In this document: piece by piece, positions 1 through 9,413 of the stretch | How the letters are laid out: each line of letters begins with the position of its first letter | How positions within the stretch are numbered: position 1 is the stretch's first letter | Origin: a virus | Lineage: Duplodnaviria; Caudoviricetes | Strand: one strand, 5' to 3' | Virus record (IMG/VR): IMGVR_UViG_3300005931_000048 | Location: 1 to 32,205 of that record | DNA: 32,205 nt | The notes under the pieces: generated by a model | The model's database searches: none | What the model was told of the DNA's origin: nothing | The model's input: the letters and a program-made list of their open reading frames with translations, nothing else | Position numbers and translations under genes: made by a program

Positions 1-2
1 AA

Positions 3-101
3 ACAAAATTTTTTCAATACTTAAATGTATTTTGTTGGAGAAATCATCCTGTACAAAAATCAGATTTTTTAAAATCAATGTATGAGAAAGGACAGATATA
101 A
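3..101 (+). CDS. 3' end of an upstream gene (partial; ...CWRNHPVQKSDFLKSMYEKGQI*)
   Basis: Frame is open from the window edge; its TAA (99-101) overlaps the next ATG (TAATG coupling). Confidence 0.6.
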   Translation, partial: TKFFQYLNVFCWRNHPVQKSDFLKSMYEKGQI

Positions 102-694
102 TGTACGAAAATAAAATTATTACAGAACCTAAATGGAAGAGTTGGATTATTCAAACGACTACACCTTTATTTACACCGGATCAATGTAATCAAATTATTG
201 CATCAGGTAGAGCACAAAAACCACAAGAAGCACAAGTGGGTATGAATAAACCAGGAGGTGGGACAGATACAAAGAAAAGAGTAACAACTATTAGTTGGAT
301 TCCGTTTAAAGAAATGGGACACATGTATCAGGATTTAAATTCATTCATTCAAAAAGCAAACGAAAATCATTTTGGTTTTGGAGATATAAGAGTAACGGAA
401 CCCGCTCAGTTTACAGAGTACCCTGAAGGAGGATTTTATGATTGGCATATGGATTGTGATGTGAGCATGCAACATGAACCTCCAGTTAGAAAAATATCAA
501 TGACTGTTTTATTAAACGACCCTTCTGAATTTGAAGGTGGAGACCTAGAATTAATGGCTCCCGGTAAATTTGCAAATCTTAAACAAGGTCATGCAATTTG
601 TTTTGCGTCGTTTTTAAATCACAGAGTTAATCCAGTAACTAGAGGTATGAGACAATCTCTTGTTGTATGGTTTGGAGGCAAAGCTTTTAGATGA
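101..694 (+). CDS. 2OG-Fe(II) oxygenase, prolyl-4-hydroxylase/PKHD-like
   Basis: Contains YDWHMD (HxD), RKIS, FEGGDL and HRVNPVTRGMRQSLVVW (distal His and 2OG-binding Arg). Confidence 0.9.
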   Translation: MYENKIITEPKWKSWIIQTTTPLFTPDQCNQIIASGRAQKPQEAQVGMNKPGGGTDTKKRVTTISWIPFKEMGHMYQDLNSFIQKANENHFGFGDIRVTEPAQFTEYPEGGFYDWHMDCDVSMQHEPPVRKISMTVLLNDPSEFEGGDLELMAPGKFANLKQGHAICFASFLNHRVNPVTRGMRQSLVVWFGGKAFR

Positions 695-1269
695 TTAGAG
701 AAGAATTTTTTCCAACAAGTGTTTTTGGTAAAGACATAAAATTAGATAATGATAAGTTAGCACAAGACATTGTTAACTGGTCTAATCAGGATAAAGGAGT
801 ACAGAAAACAAATTATAAAGGATGGCATTCTACAACTGATATGGCATCAAAACCAGAGTATCAAAATTTAGTTAATGAGTTAATGACTATGTGTAAAGAT
901 ATGTTTAAAGAAGAATGGTTAGATAGAGAACCCGTCCTTGGTAATATGTGGGCAAACATCAATCCTAAAGATGGAATGAATCAACCCCATATACATCCAA
1001 ACTCATTATTTTCAGGTGTGTACTATGTTAAATCAAACCCACAAGCAGGAAGATTAAAGATATATGACCCTAGACCAGGAGCACAAATAGTAATGCCTGC
1101 AAGATTAGAAGGACAACCTCCTAAACATTTATGGAGAGATGCAAACCTTGATCCATTTCCAGGAAGAATTATAATGTTTCCTGCTTGGTTATGGCATTCA
1201 GTAGAACCTAATCAATCAAATGATTTAAGAATATCAGTAAGTTTTAATTTTATACAACAAGGATTTTGA
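691..1269 (+). CDS. Putative 2OG-Fe(II) oxygenase (TIGR02466-like)
   Basis: Contains WANIN, HIHPNS-FSGVYY, DPRP, FPAWLWHSV and RISVSFN; ATGA overlap with the upstream gene. Confidence 0.88.
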   Translation: MIREEFFPTSVFGKDIKLDNDKLAQDIVNWSNQDKGVQKTNYKGWHSTTDMASKPEYQNLVNELMTMCKDMFKEEWLDREPVLGNMWANINPKDGMNQPHIHPNSLFSGVYYVKSNPQAGRLKIYDPRPGAQIVMPARLEGQPPKHLWRDANLDPFPGRIIMFPAWLWHSVEPNQSNDLRISVSFNFIQQGF

Positions 1270-1580
1270 TGTTAATTCATAAAGATAAAATGATGTTTAG
1301 AAATTGCAATAAGTTTTTAAATACTGAAAAAGGTAAAAACGCTCAAAAAGATAATGATGGATATAAAAAATTAAGAGATAACATAGGTGAAAAAGGAATG
1401 ATTAATCCCATCTTGTGTATAGAAGAAGATAATATGTATAAAATATGTATTGGTATGAGAAGATTTATAGCTGGATTAGAATTAGGTATGACAGAATTTG
1501 AAGTTAAAGTATTACCTAATGATACTCGAGATTTATTAGTAAAAGAAAAACAACAATATAGGCATACAGATGTTCAATAA
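1266..1580 (+). CDS. Small ParB/sulfiredoxin N-terminal-like domain protein
   Basis: L..NI.EKGMINPILC...YKICIGMRRFIAGLELG matches the ParB GxRR box pattern. Confidence 0.65.
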   Translation: MMLIHKDKMMFRNCNKFLNTEKGKNAQKDNDGYKKLRDNIGEKGMINPILCIEEDNMYKICIGMRRFIAGLELGMTEFEVKVLPNDTRDLLVKEKQQYRHTDVQ

Positions 1581-2211
1581 ATATCAAGTAATCAAAGGAG
1601 CACTTAGCTATGAGCTAGCTAATTTTATATTTAATTATTTTCTTCTTAAAAGAGATGCTGTTGAATTTATGTATAAAAATAACATAACCTATGACAATGG
1701 TATGTTTGGTACATGGACAGATGCACAGATCCCCAATACTTACTCTCATTATGCAGATCCTGTAATGGAGACTTTATTAATGAAAGTATTACCAGTCATG
1801 GCTTCTGAGACAGGATTAGATTTAATCCCTACTTATTCATACGCAAGAATTTATAAGAACGGAGATACTTTACATAGACACAAAGACAGACCAAGCTGTG
1901 AGATATCGACAACAATAAACTTGGGTGGTGAGCCATGGCCTATATTCATTGATGGAACAGGTGCTAATAATGTAGTCAATGAAAAACAAAATTTAGTTAA
2001 ACCAGACGCTCCTGCAGGCACTAAGGTCTTGCTTGAAGTAGGTGATATGCTAGTATATAGTGGTTGTGAACTTGAACATTGGCGAGAGCCTTTTGAAGGT
2101 AACATATGCGGTCAAGTATTTTTACATTATAATCATGTAAATGGCCCATTTGCTGAGAAAAACAAATTCGATGGAAGACCTATGTTAGGCCTACCTGCAT
2201 TTGTAAAATAG
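1570..2211 (+). CDS. 2OG-Fe(II) oxygenase-like protein (marine phage family)
   Basis: Contains PTYSYARIY, LHRHKDRPSCEIS (HxD), GDMLVYSGC, HWRE and QVFLHY. Confidence 0.8.
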   Translation: MFNKYQVIKGALSYELANFIFNYFLLKRDAVEFMYKNNITYDNGMFGTWTDAQIPNTYSHYADPVMETLLMKVLPVMASETGLDLIPTYSYARIYKNGDTLHRHKDRPSCEISTTINLGGEPWPIFIDGTGANNVVNEKQNLVKPDAPAGTKVLLEVGDMLVYSGCELEHWREPFEGNICGQVFLHYNHVNGPFAEKNKFDGRPMLGLPAFVK

Positions 2212-2253
2212 CAAGTTCTATACTACTACTAACTTTTGTTGTAAAATAAGATT

Positions 2254-4395
2254 ATGCCTTTAACAAATGTACAAATAGCACCAGGATTTAATAAACAAGT
2301 AACAGAAACAGGCGCAGAAGGTCAATGGACTGATGGCGATTTTGTTAGATTTAGATACGGACTACCTGAAAAAATAGGAGGTTGGCAGCAGCTGACAACA
2401 AACACTTTAGCAGGAGTTGTAAGAGAACAAATTGTTTGGGCAGATTTAGATGGTAGACGTTACGTTGCTTTAGGTACTAATAAAGTATTAGCTATTTATT
2501 ATGAAGGTTCTTTCTATGATATTACTCCATTAGCTGCGGTAATTACCGGAGCAACTTTTACTACCGTAAGTGGTTCACCAACAATCACGGTTAATAAAAT
2601 AGCACATGGATTAGCAGAAGGCGATTATTTTACTTTTACTTCAGTAACCCCACCAGTTGGTGCTGGTTATGTTGGTTCAGATTTTACTACAAATAGTTTT
2701 GAAGTTGTAGGTGTTCCTAGCTCAGATACTTTTACAATTACAATGGCAGCTAATGCAGCAACTACTGTTGCTACAAGTGGATCAGCTAGTCTTAATCCTT
2801 ATATTCGTTTTGGTCCATTAAACCAATCTGCAGGTTTTGGTTGGGGTACCTCTGGGTGGGGAGGAGCTTCTGGAATTGTAACAGTATTAAATGGTGCATT
2901 GTTAGATGACACTGCAGGTACGGGTGGTGCTGGAACAAGTATAACTGTTATCTCAACAACAGGATTTCCAACAACAGGCACAGTATTAATAGGAGCAGAA
3001 TATATTTCTTACACAGGAATAACAACGACTAGTTTAACTGGAATTACAAGAGATGTTGGGGGCACAAGATCAGCGCATTCTAGTGGTGCTTCTGTGGAAG
3101 CTGTTACAGGTTGGGGTTCAGCTTCATTATCGTCAAGTGTATCTTTAGAACCTGCTTCTTGGTCTTTAGATCATTTTGGAGAAAAATTAGTAGCTACAGC
3201 TAAAAATGGACAAACTTTTGAATGGGACCCTATTCATGCAGACCCTTTAGCTCTAACAACAAGAGCAAATACAATATCAGGGGCACCTACAGCATCAATT
3301 ATGTCAATAGTATCTGAAAGAGATAGACACCTAATTGTATTAGGAACCGAAACAACTATAGGATCTCCTTCAACAAAAGACCCGATGTTTATTAGATTTA
3401 GTGATCAAGAAAACTTATCTGATTATACTCCTACTTCAGTTAATACTGCAGGTACCTTTAGATTAGATAGTGGTACTACAATTGTTGGAGCTGCAAAAGC
3501 TAAAGATTATATTTTAATAGTAACGGATACTTCTGCATACGTGATGCAGTTTGTTGGACCTCCGTTTACTTTTTCAATAAGACAAGTTGGAAGCAACTGT
3601 GGATTGATTGGCCAGCATGCAATTAAATATGCTAATGGTAGAGTATGGTGGATGGGTCAAGCAGGTGGTTTTTTTGTTTACGATGGTACGGTTAAATCAG
3701 TTCCTTGTTTAGTAGAAGATTTTGTCTTTACAAACAAAGGAGATAATTTAGGATTAAACTATAATAATGGAGAACAGATTTATGCAGGTTTAAATCATTT
3801 GTATGACGAAGTTAGTTGGTTCTATCCTAAAAGTACATCAACTGCTATTGATAGGACTGTGACTTATAACTATGTAGAAAATACTTGGACAACAGGATCT
3901 TTATCAAGAACGTCTTGGCAGGATTCAACTTTATATTCTAACCCATACGCAACAGAGTTTAATGGAACAGCGATACCAACTTTTCCTACAATTCAAGGAA
4001 TAACCAACATCAATGGAGCTTCAACTTATTACGCTCACGAAGTAGGCAACAATGAAGTGGATGCTGTAGGTAATAAAACAGCTATTGAAGCATTTATACA
4101 ATCTGGAGATTTTGATTTAGGGGAAGGTCAGAATTTTATGAGTATGAGAAGATTTGTACCTGATTTTAAATTACTTACAGGTAATGCAGAGATTACTATT
4201 AATTTAAGAAGATACCCAAATGACGCTTCAACATCGTCGCCTCTCGGCCCTTTCACTGTAACAAGCTCTACAGATAAAGTGGACACTCGTGCAAGATCTA
4301 GATTTGCTAGTGTAAAAATTGCTAATACATCTACTGATCAGAATTGGAGATATGGTACTTTTAGAGCAGATATTCAACCTGATGGAATGAGATAA
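2254..4395 (+). CDS. Tail/virion structural protein (tail tube/nozzle or DNA-stabilisation type)
   Basis: 713 aa, beta-rich, with IRFSDQE, GSNCGLIG and W/YN repeats typical of podovirus nozzle/gp10-like proteins. Has a Thr/Gly-rich central insertion and precedes the internal virion genes. Confidence 0.7.
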   Translation: MPLTNVQIAPGFNKQVTETGAEGQWTDGDFVRFRYGLPEKIGGWQQLTTNTLAGVVREQIVWADLDGRRYVALGTNKVLAIYYEGSFYDITPLAAVITGATFTTVSGSPTITVNKIAHGLAEGDYFTFTSVTPPVGAGYVGSDFTTNSFEVVGVPSSDTFTITMAANAATTVATSGSASLNPYIRFGPLNQSAGFGWGTSGWGGASGIVTVLNGALLDDTAGTGGAGTSITVISTTGFPTTGTVLIGAEYISYTGITTTSLTGITRDVGGTRSAHSSGASVEAVTGWGSASLSSSVSLEPASWSLDHFGEKLVATAKNGQTFEWDPIHADPLALTTRANTISGAPTASIMSIVSERDRHLIVLGTETTIGSPSTKDPMFIRFSDQENLSDYTPTSVNTAGTFRLDSGTTIVGAAKAKDYILIVTDTSAYVMQFVGPPFTFSIRQVGSNCGLIGQHAIKYANGRVWWMGQAGGFFVYDGTVKSVPCLVEDFVFTNKGDNLGLNYNNGEQIYAGLNHLYDEVSWFYPKSTSTAIDRTVTYNYVENTWTTGSLSRTSWQDSTLYSNPYATEFNGTAIPTFPTIQGITNINGASTYYAHEVGNNEVDAVGNKTAIEAFIQSGDFDLGEGQNFMSMRRFVPDFKLLTGNAEITINLRRYPNDASTSSPLGPFTVTSSTDKVDTRARSRFASVKIANTSTDQNWRYGTFRADIQPDGMR

Positions 4396-4559
4396 TGGCA
4401 AGAGTAGATATAATAATACCAGAACCAACACCACAGTATACTGAAGAAAATCAAAGACAAGTGGCTCAGTCTTTACAAACTTTAAAAGATAAGTTAAATA
4501 CTTCCTATCAAGAAGAAATTAAAAATGAACAAAACACCTTTAATTATTTTATGTCATGA
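4395..4559 (+). CDS. Small hypothetical virion-module protein (54 aa, MARVDIIIPEP...)
   Basis: Not in the ORF track. TAATG overlap upstream and ATGA overlap downstream; fills the gap exactly. Confidence 0.8.
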   Translation: MARVDIIIPEPTPQYTEENQRQVAQSLQTLKDKLNTSYQEEIKNEQNTFNYFMS

Positions 4560-4891
4560 CAATTAGATATAAAAGCGAAACATTTGATTTAACTACGACT
4601 AATATTACGACAGTTTTAACTTGTCCTGCAGATGGAACTATTATTGTTAAAAATGTACAAGCAGTTCACGATACTGCAAGTGGTGTAGATACAGATTTAT
4701 TTATAACAAAATCAGGAGCTTCCCGTGTTCAAATAGGACATGTTTCTTTAAACAAGTCTACCGACAATTTAATTAAAGAATCTCTAAACTTAGAAGCAAG
4801 TGATGTCCTTGAAATGCAAGCAGCTACAGCTAACGAAATTACAGGTGCTGTAAGTTATGCCTTAATAGATAGGTCACAGGAAAATGGCTAG
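4556..4891 (+). CDS. Hypothetical beta-rich virion protein
   Basis: 111 aa, translationally coupled, within the tail module. Confidence 0.7.
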   Translation: MTIRYKSETFDLTTTNITTVLTCPADGTIIVKNVQAVHDTASGVDTDLFITKSGASRVQIGHVSLNKSTDNLIKESLNLEASDVLEMQAATANEITGAVSYALIDRSQENG

Positions 4892-5021
4892 AAAATTTAA
4901 AGACTATCACGAAAGAGATAAGCCTAAAAAAAGAGGTCCTCGAAAACATAAGAAGTCTTTATCTAAAAGTGAGAAGAGACAGAAAAGACTAAAACGTTAT
5001 AAAGGCCAAGGAAAAGGCTAG
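4884..5021 (+). CDS. Very basic 45 aa peptide (MARKFKDY...KRYKGQGKG)
   Basis: Not in the ORF track. Overlaps the upstream stop, is K/R-rich and fills the gap. Confidence 0.7.
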   Translation: MARKFKDYHERDKPKKRGPRKHKKSLSKSEKRQKRLKRYKGQGKG

Positions 5022-5047
5022 ACAAAAACTGTAAATAAAGGTATAAA
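5019..5047 (+). promoter_or_regulatory. Sigma70-like promoter, probably giving a leaderless mRNA
   Basis: TAGACA(5019-24)-N17-TATAAA(5042-47); ATG at 5053 with no SD. Confidence 0.5.
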
Positions 5048-5052
5048 AAAAT

Positions 5053-5250
5053 ATGGCTGATTTAATTAAAATACCCGCAGAAGCAAAAGAAATTATTAAA
5101 CACAAAAGAACAGGCAAAGTATATGCTAGTAAAACTGATTTTGATAACGATGTTGCTGATGCCAACACTGACACTACTGTGGATGACTTTAGACAAGACC
5201 TTGAAATTAAAGTTACTAAGGTTTCTATGGGAGCGTTAACTAAAAAATAA
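5053..5250 (+). CDS. Hypothetical protein (65 aa)
   Basis: Coupled to the downstream glycosyltransferase by TAATG. Confidence 0.75.
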   Translation: MADLIKIPAEAKEIIKHKRTGKVYASKTDFDNDVADANTDTTVDDFRQDLEIKVTKVSMGALTKK

Positions 5251-6179
5251 TGCAACCCCGTGGTGCCACTGAGCTACAAATGGAAATGCTTCACAAGCAT
5301 GTTTCAAAAGAGCTACTAGATCAAGTACAGATATGTACTTCTATTCCTGGTAAGGTTCCAATTGATCCTAATAAAATAAATATACTTTGGCAAAAGAATT
5401 CTTGGGATCAACCAAACCTAAAAACATTCTTTTCAGATAAATCAAGACATAGTGAATATGATTGGTATGTATTCAATAGTCATTGGAATTATGAAAAATT
5501 TAGATATTTTTTTGATATACCAACTGAAAGATCTGTAGTTATTAAAAATGGTATAGATAAATTTCCTAAAAGAAAAATATATAAAAAAGGCGATCCTATA
5601 AAATTAATACATCATTGTACTCCTTGGAGAGGATTAAATGTTTTATTACGTGCAATGCAAGAAATTAAAAATCCTAATATTATATTAGATGTCTATAGCT
5701 CAACGCAAGTCTATGGCGATAACTTTAAAAAAAATAATGACGATCAATTTAAACCTTTGTATGAACAAGCTAAAAAATTACCAAATGTAAATTATATTGG
5801 TTATAAACCAAATGAGTATATTAGAAAGAAGATGCCTAATTATGACATGTTTGTTTATCCAAGTGTGTTTGAAGAAACTTCATGTGCATCAGCATTAGAA
5901 GCTTTAGCATCTGGAGTTCATGTGGTAACAAATAATTTTGGAGCTCTATATGAAACATGTGCAGAATGGCCTGTATATGTAAATTATACTAGCAATTATG
6001 AAACAATGGCTAAAGATACAGCAGCAGCTATTGAAATTGCAGCAGGATACTTACATGAAAATTTTATACAAGATCATTTAGAAGAACAACAAAAATTTTA
6101 TAAAAGATTTTATAGTTGGCAAAAAAAAGGAATGGAATGGACAAGTTTTTTAAAAGGAGCAATAAATGAAAAAAAGTAA
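5250..6179 (+). CDS. Glycosyltransferase, GT-B fold (GT4-like)
   Basis: Contains PWRGL and FVYPSVFEETSCASALEALASG (Ex7E), plus the N-terminal GATE motif. Confidence 0.88.
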   Translation: MQPRGATELQMEMLHKHVSKELLDQVQICTSIPGKVPIDPNKINILWQKNSWDQPNLKTFFSDKSRHSEYDWYVFNSHWNYEKFRYFFDIPTERSVVIKNGIDKFPKRKIYKKGDPIKLIHHCTPWRGLNVLLRAMQEIKNPNIILDVYSSTQVYGDNFKKNNDDQFKPLYEQAKKLPNVNYIGYKPNEYIRKKMPNYDMFVYPSVFEETSCASALEALASGVHVVTNNFGALYETCAEWPVYVNYTSNYETMAKDTAAAIEIAAGYLHENFIQDHLEEQQKFYKRFYSWQKKGMEWTSFLKGAINEKK

Positions 6180-7053
6180 AACTTATATAAACGAAGATAC
6201 TTATCAAACATTAAAAGATTTAAAAGTGTCTTCTCAACCTGGGGAAAAGGCAATTGTTCCTATGTGGAAACCAGACAGAGAAGTACAATTAAAATTAAAA
6301 GATCCTATATCTTTATTTGTTGCAACACCAGTACACAGTGATTGTTCAATTCATTATACTCAAGCGTTATTAGAATTACAAAAAGTATGTTTACATAAAG
6401 GTATTAAAGTAAGTTTTCAACTAATGAAATCTTCTTTAGTTACACAAGGTAGAAATTTATGTGTAGCTGGATTTTTAGAATCAGATTGTACGCATATGTT
6501 ATTTGTTGATTCAGACATATATTTTCATGCAAATTCTATAATATCAATGCTTGAAAAAAAAAAAGATTTAATATCTATACCTTATCCTCTTAAAACTTTA
6601 ATGTGGGATAAAGCATTTAACAAAATGAAAGAAGGTGAATTAAAAAATGCAGAGGATATAAGAAAATCCTTGCATACTTATCCGATGAAATTAGAAAACG
6701 CTAATGACATAAATATAGTAGAAGGTGTAATAGAAGTAACTCATAGTCCAACAGGATGTATGCTAATTAAAAGATCTGTGTTTAATAAAATGATTAAGGC
6801 TTATCCAGATAAGAATATTGTCCAAAAAACTGTTATTAATGGAAAGTACGTGGATAAACCTAATATGTGGAATTTTTTTGACTGCACTCATGATCCTGTG
6901 ACAAAAACCTATTTAGGTGAAGATTTTTCTTTTTGTCAATTATGGAAGAATATAGGAGGTAAATGTTATGCCTATATTATGGATCCTATCGTACATGTGG
7001 GAGAACATAGCTATGAAGGTTGTTTCTATGACGAGTTGATAAAGCGTAAGTAA
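6166..7053 (+). CDS. Glycosyltransferase-like protein, GT-A fold (GT2-like)
   Basis: Contains LFVATP, SLVTQGRN, THMLFVDSDI (DxD), TGCMLIKR, GEDFSFC and HVG. Confidence 0.8.
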   Translation: MKKSKTYINEDTYQTLKDLKVSSQPGEKAIVPMWKPDREVQLKLKDPISLFVATPVHSDCSIHYTQALLELQKVCLHKGIKVSFQLMKSSLVTQGRNLCVAGFLESDCTHMLFVDSDIYFHANSIISMLEKKKDLISIPYPLKTLMWDKAFNKMKEGELKNAEDIRKSLHTYPMKLENANDINIVEGVIEVTHSPTGCMLIKRSVFNKMIKAYPDKNIVQKTVINGKYVDKPNMWNFFDCTHDPVTKTYLGEDFSFCQLWKNIGGKCYAYIMDPIVHVGEHSYEGCFYDELIKRK

Positions 7054-7064
7054 AATGCTAATAT
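7036..7064 (+). promoter_or_regulatory. Sigma70-like promoter upstream of the internal virion genes
   Basis: TTGATA(7036-41)-N17-TAATAT(7059-64) with a TG extended -10. Confidence 0.5.
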
Positions 7065-7088
7065 TGTACATAACAATAAAAAATTATT

Positions 7089-8081
7089 ATGGATCCATTC
7101 ACTATAGCAGCAGTAACATTCGGTGTACAAAAACTTAGAGGTAAGTCCACAAACAGAGCTTTAAGAGATGGTATATTTGCAGGTAGTTTAGGTCAAGCTG
7201 CAGGTATGGCAGGTCTTGGAGGTTTTCAATCATTTGGTGCTGCAGGAGGCATGGGTGGTGCCAATGCTTTAGCAGGTCAAGGGATAAAAGGACAGTTTGC
7301 TAACACAGGTGTTATGCAAGGACTAGGATCTTTATTTCCACAACTAGGTGGTGGTCAAGCAGCTACTCCTGCTTTAGGAGGTGATCCAGGAACTATGCAA
7401 GGTTTAGTTGGTAATGAAGGTGGAGGAGGTTTCTTGTCTAAACTAATGCCAAAAACAACTGCTGGAAAAATAGGAACAGGTTTTGCACTTACATCTCTTT
7501 TAGGAGGTATGGGTGGAGATGACGGACCAAGATCTTACTTAGCTCCTATTCCAAATCAAGCTTACAGTAAGTATGCTAAGTCAGGAGCTCCAGGAACTCC
7601 TACAGGATTTATGACAAGAAATTACGAGACAGGTGAAGACACACCTTTAGAAGATGCAGAAACTTATCAAACAGTTGAAGATATTTTAGGAAGTGAACCA
7701 ACACAGAATTTTAAATCAGTTAATTTTAATACTGGTGGATTAGCAAGTATTGCAAAATTTAATGAAGGAGGCCTTGGACAAATGTTGCCTTCTAAACATA
7801 GCCACAGTGAAGATGATTTAAACAATTATACTAGAGCAGGTGGTTTTGTTAAAGATGGTGCTGGAATGGGTGATGAAAATGAAGACACTATGTTAGCTCA
7901 ATTAGCTGATGGTGAATTTGTATCAAGATCCGCCGCAGTTAGAGGAGCAGGTATTATTGCTGGAGCAGATTTAAACAGTAAAGAAGACCAAAGAAAAAAA
8001 GGTGCTGAGTTTTTTTATGAACAACAAAAACGTTTTAAAAGAATTATGGATATACTAGATGCAAGCAGAAAAGATAACTAA
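7089..8081 (+). CDS. Gly-rich internal virion/ejection-type protein
   Basis: Hydrophobic Gly/Ala N-half and C-terminal GxGD..D...AQLADGEFV motif seen in phage virion proteins. Confidence 0.6.
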   Translation: MDPFTIAAVTFGVQKLRGKSTNRALRDGIFAGSLGQAAGMAGLGGFQSFGAAGGMGGANALAGQGIKGQFANTGVMQGLGSLFPQLGGGQAATPALGGDPGTMQGLVGNEGGGGFLSKLMPKTTAGKIGTGFALTSLLGGMGGDDGPRSYLAPIPNQAYSKYAKSGAPGTPTGFMTRNYETGEDTPLEDAETYQTVEDILGSEPTQNFKSVNFNTGGLASIAKFNEGGLGQMLPSKHSHSEDDLNNYTRAGGFVKDGAGMGDENEDTMLAQLADGEFVSRSAAVRGAGIIAGADLNSKEDQRKKGAEFFYEQQKRFKRIMDILDASRKDN

Positions 8082-8517
8082 AGCTGAAATAGAATGTTTA
8101 TTTATAAAGCCTTCAGAAGTAGAAACTTTTTGGCCTTTAGTTGAGTTTTTTGTTGCAGAAGCTTTAAAGTATAGCGGTCAATACGCTGAACCAAAGCATG
8201 TAAAAGAATTGTTAAAGAAAAACGTAATGCATTTGTGGATTATGTTTGGAAAAGACGAAGACGGAGAAAGCAAAGTATTTGGTTGTTGTACTACAAGGTT
8301 TTTTGACAATCCAAATTTTAAAGAGCTTCAGGGTCTTATCTGTACAGGTAAGAAAATGCCTTTATGGTTCCCTAAGTTAATTAAAGCAGCTGAAGAATTT
8401 GCTAAAATAAACAACTGTAAAAGAATTACAGCTTTAATGAGACCGGGGTACAGAAAGATTATGAAAAATTTTGATTGGAAAATGAAACACTGTGAATTTC
8501 AAAAGGAGTTAAACTAA
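8059..8517 (+). CDS. Hypothetical protein, possible GNAT-fold (T7 gp13-like position)
   Basis: AEEFAKINNCKRI...RPGY resembles a GNAT C-terminus; lies ahead of the ejection proteins. Confidence 0.5.
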   Translation: MQAEKITKAEIECLFIKPSEVETFWPLVEFFVAEALKYSGQYAEPKHVKELLKKNVMHLWIMFGKDEDGESKVFGCCTTRFFDNPNFKELQGLICTGKKMPLWFPKLIKAAEEFAKINNCKRITALMRPGYRKIMKNFDWKMKHCEFQKELN

Positions 8518-9404
8518 TGAGTATATTTGGCGGCGGAGGATCCTCTGGAGGAGGAGGTGGTGGTAGTAGTGTACCAGCTACAACTACACAATACATAAGG
8601 GAAGCACCTGGAATTGAGGAAAGAAAATTAGGATTAATGGATACTGCAGCATCGCTTGCAAAAACTCCTATTAATATTCCTGCAGTTCAAGCACAAGGTT
8701 TAACAGGATTAGAAAATCAAGGTATTACAGCGTCAGGTGTTACTGGACTTGGTGCTCCTACAACTGGACTTGGTATAACTGCAGTTAATAATGCTTTAGC
8801 AGGACCAAATATAAATCAATTTTTAAATCCTTATCAATCATATGTCACAGATGAAATTGGAAGACAAGGACAAATGATGCAAAATCAATTATCCGCACAA
8901 GCAGTTAATCAAGGTGCATTTGGTGGAGGACGTGAAGGTGTTCAACAAGCGGAATTACAAAACCGTATCCTTGGACAACAAGGTCAATCTCTAGCAACAG
9001 GATTTCAACAAGCAGGTCAACTAGCTGCAGGTCAACAACAATTAGGAATACAAGGTGCAGGTCAATTGGGTGCATTAGGTAGTCAGCAACAAGCTATGGG
9101 TCAAGCAGATATCAATCAATTAATGGCTGCGGGTGGATTACAAAGACAACTTGGTCAACAAGCTCTTGATGCTACTAGACAAACTGAATTACAAAGAGCT
9201 TACGAACCTTATCAAAGAGCAGAGTTTACTAAAAACATTTACGCTGCAGGTCCTACAAGTACTTCTGCATTAACACAAACTACTACTCCTCAATCTGGGG
9301 GAAGCGGTTTAGCACAAGCTGCTGGAGCAGGACTTGGTGCATATGCAACTTATTCAATGTTAAATAGAAACCCTACAGCGGGCGCAACCGGCCAAGTAAG
9401 ATAA
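8517..9404 (+). CDS. DNA ejection/pilot-type internal virion protein
   Basis: G/Q/A-rich, with NPY and GAFGGGR motifs and a hydrophobic Gly-rich C-terminus. Confidence 0.65.
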   Translation: MSIFGGGGSSGGGGGGSSVPATTTQYIREAPGIEERKLGLMDTAASLAKTPINIPAVQAQGLTGLENQGITASGVTGLGAPTTGLGITAVNNALAGPNINQFLNPYQSYVTDEIGRQGQMMQNQLSAQAVNQGAFGGGREGVQQAELQNRILGQQGQSLATGFQQAGQLAAGQQQLGIQGAGQLGALGSQQQAMGQADINQLMAAGGLQRQLGQQALDATRQTELQRAYEPYQRAEFTKNIYAAGPTSTSALTQTTTPQSGGSGLAQAAGAGLGAYATYSMLNRNPTAGATGQVR

Positions 9405-9413
9405 GGAAATTTA

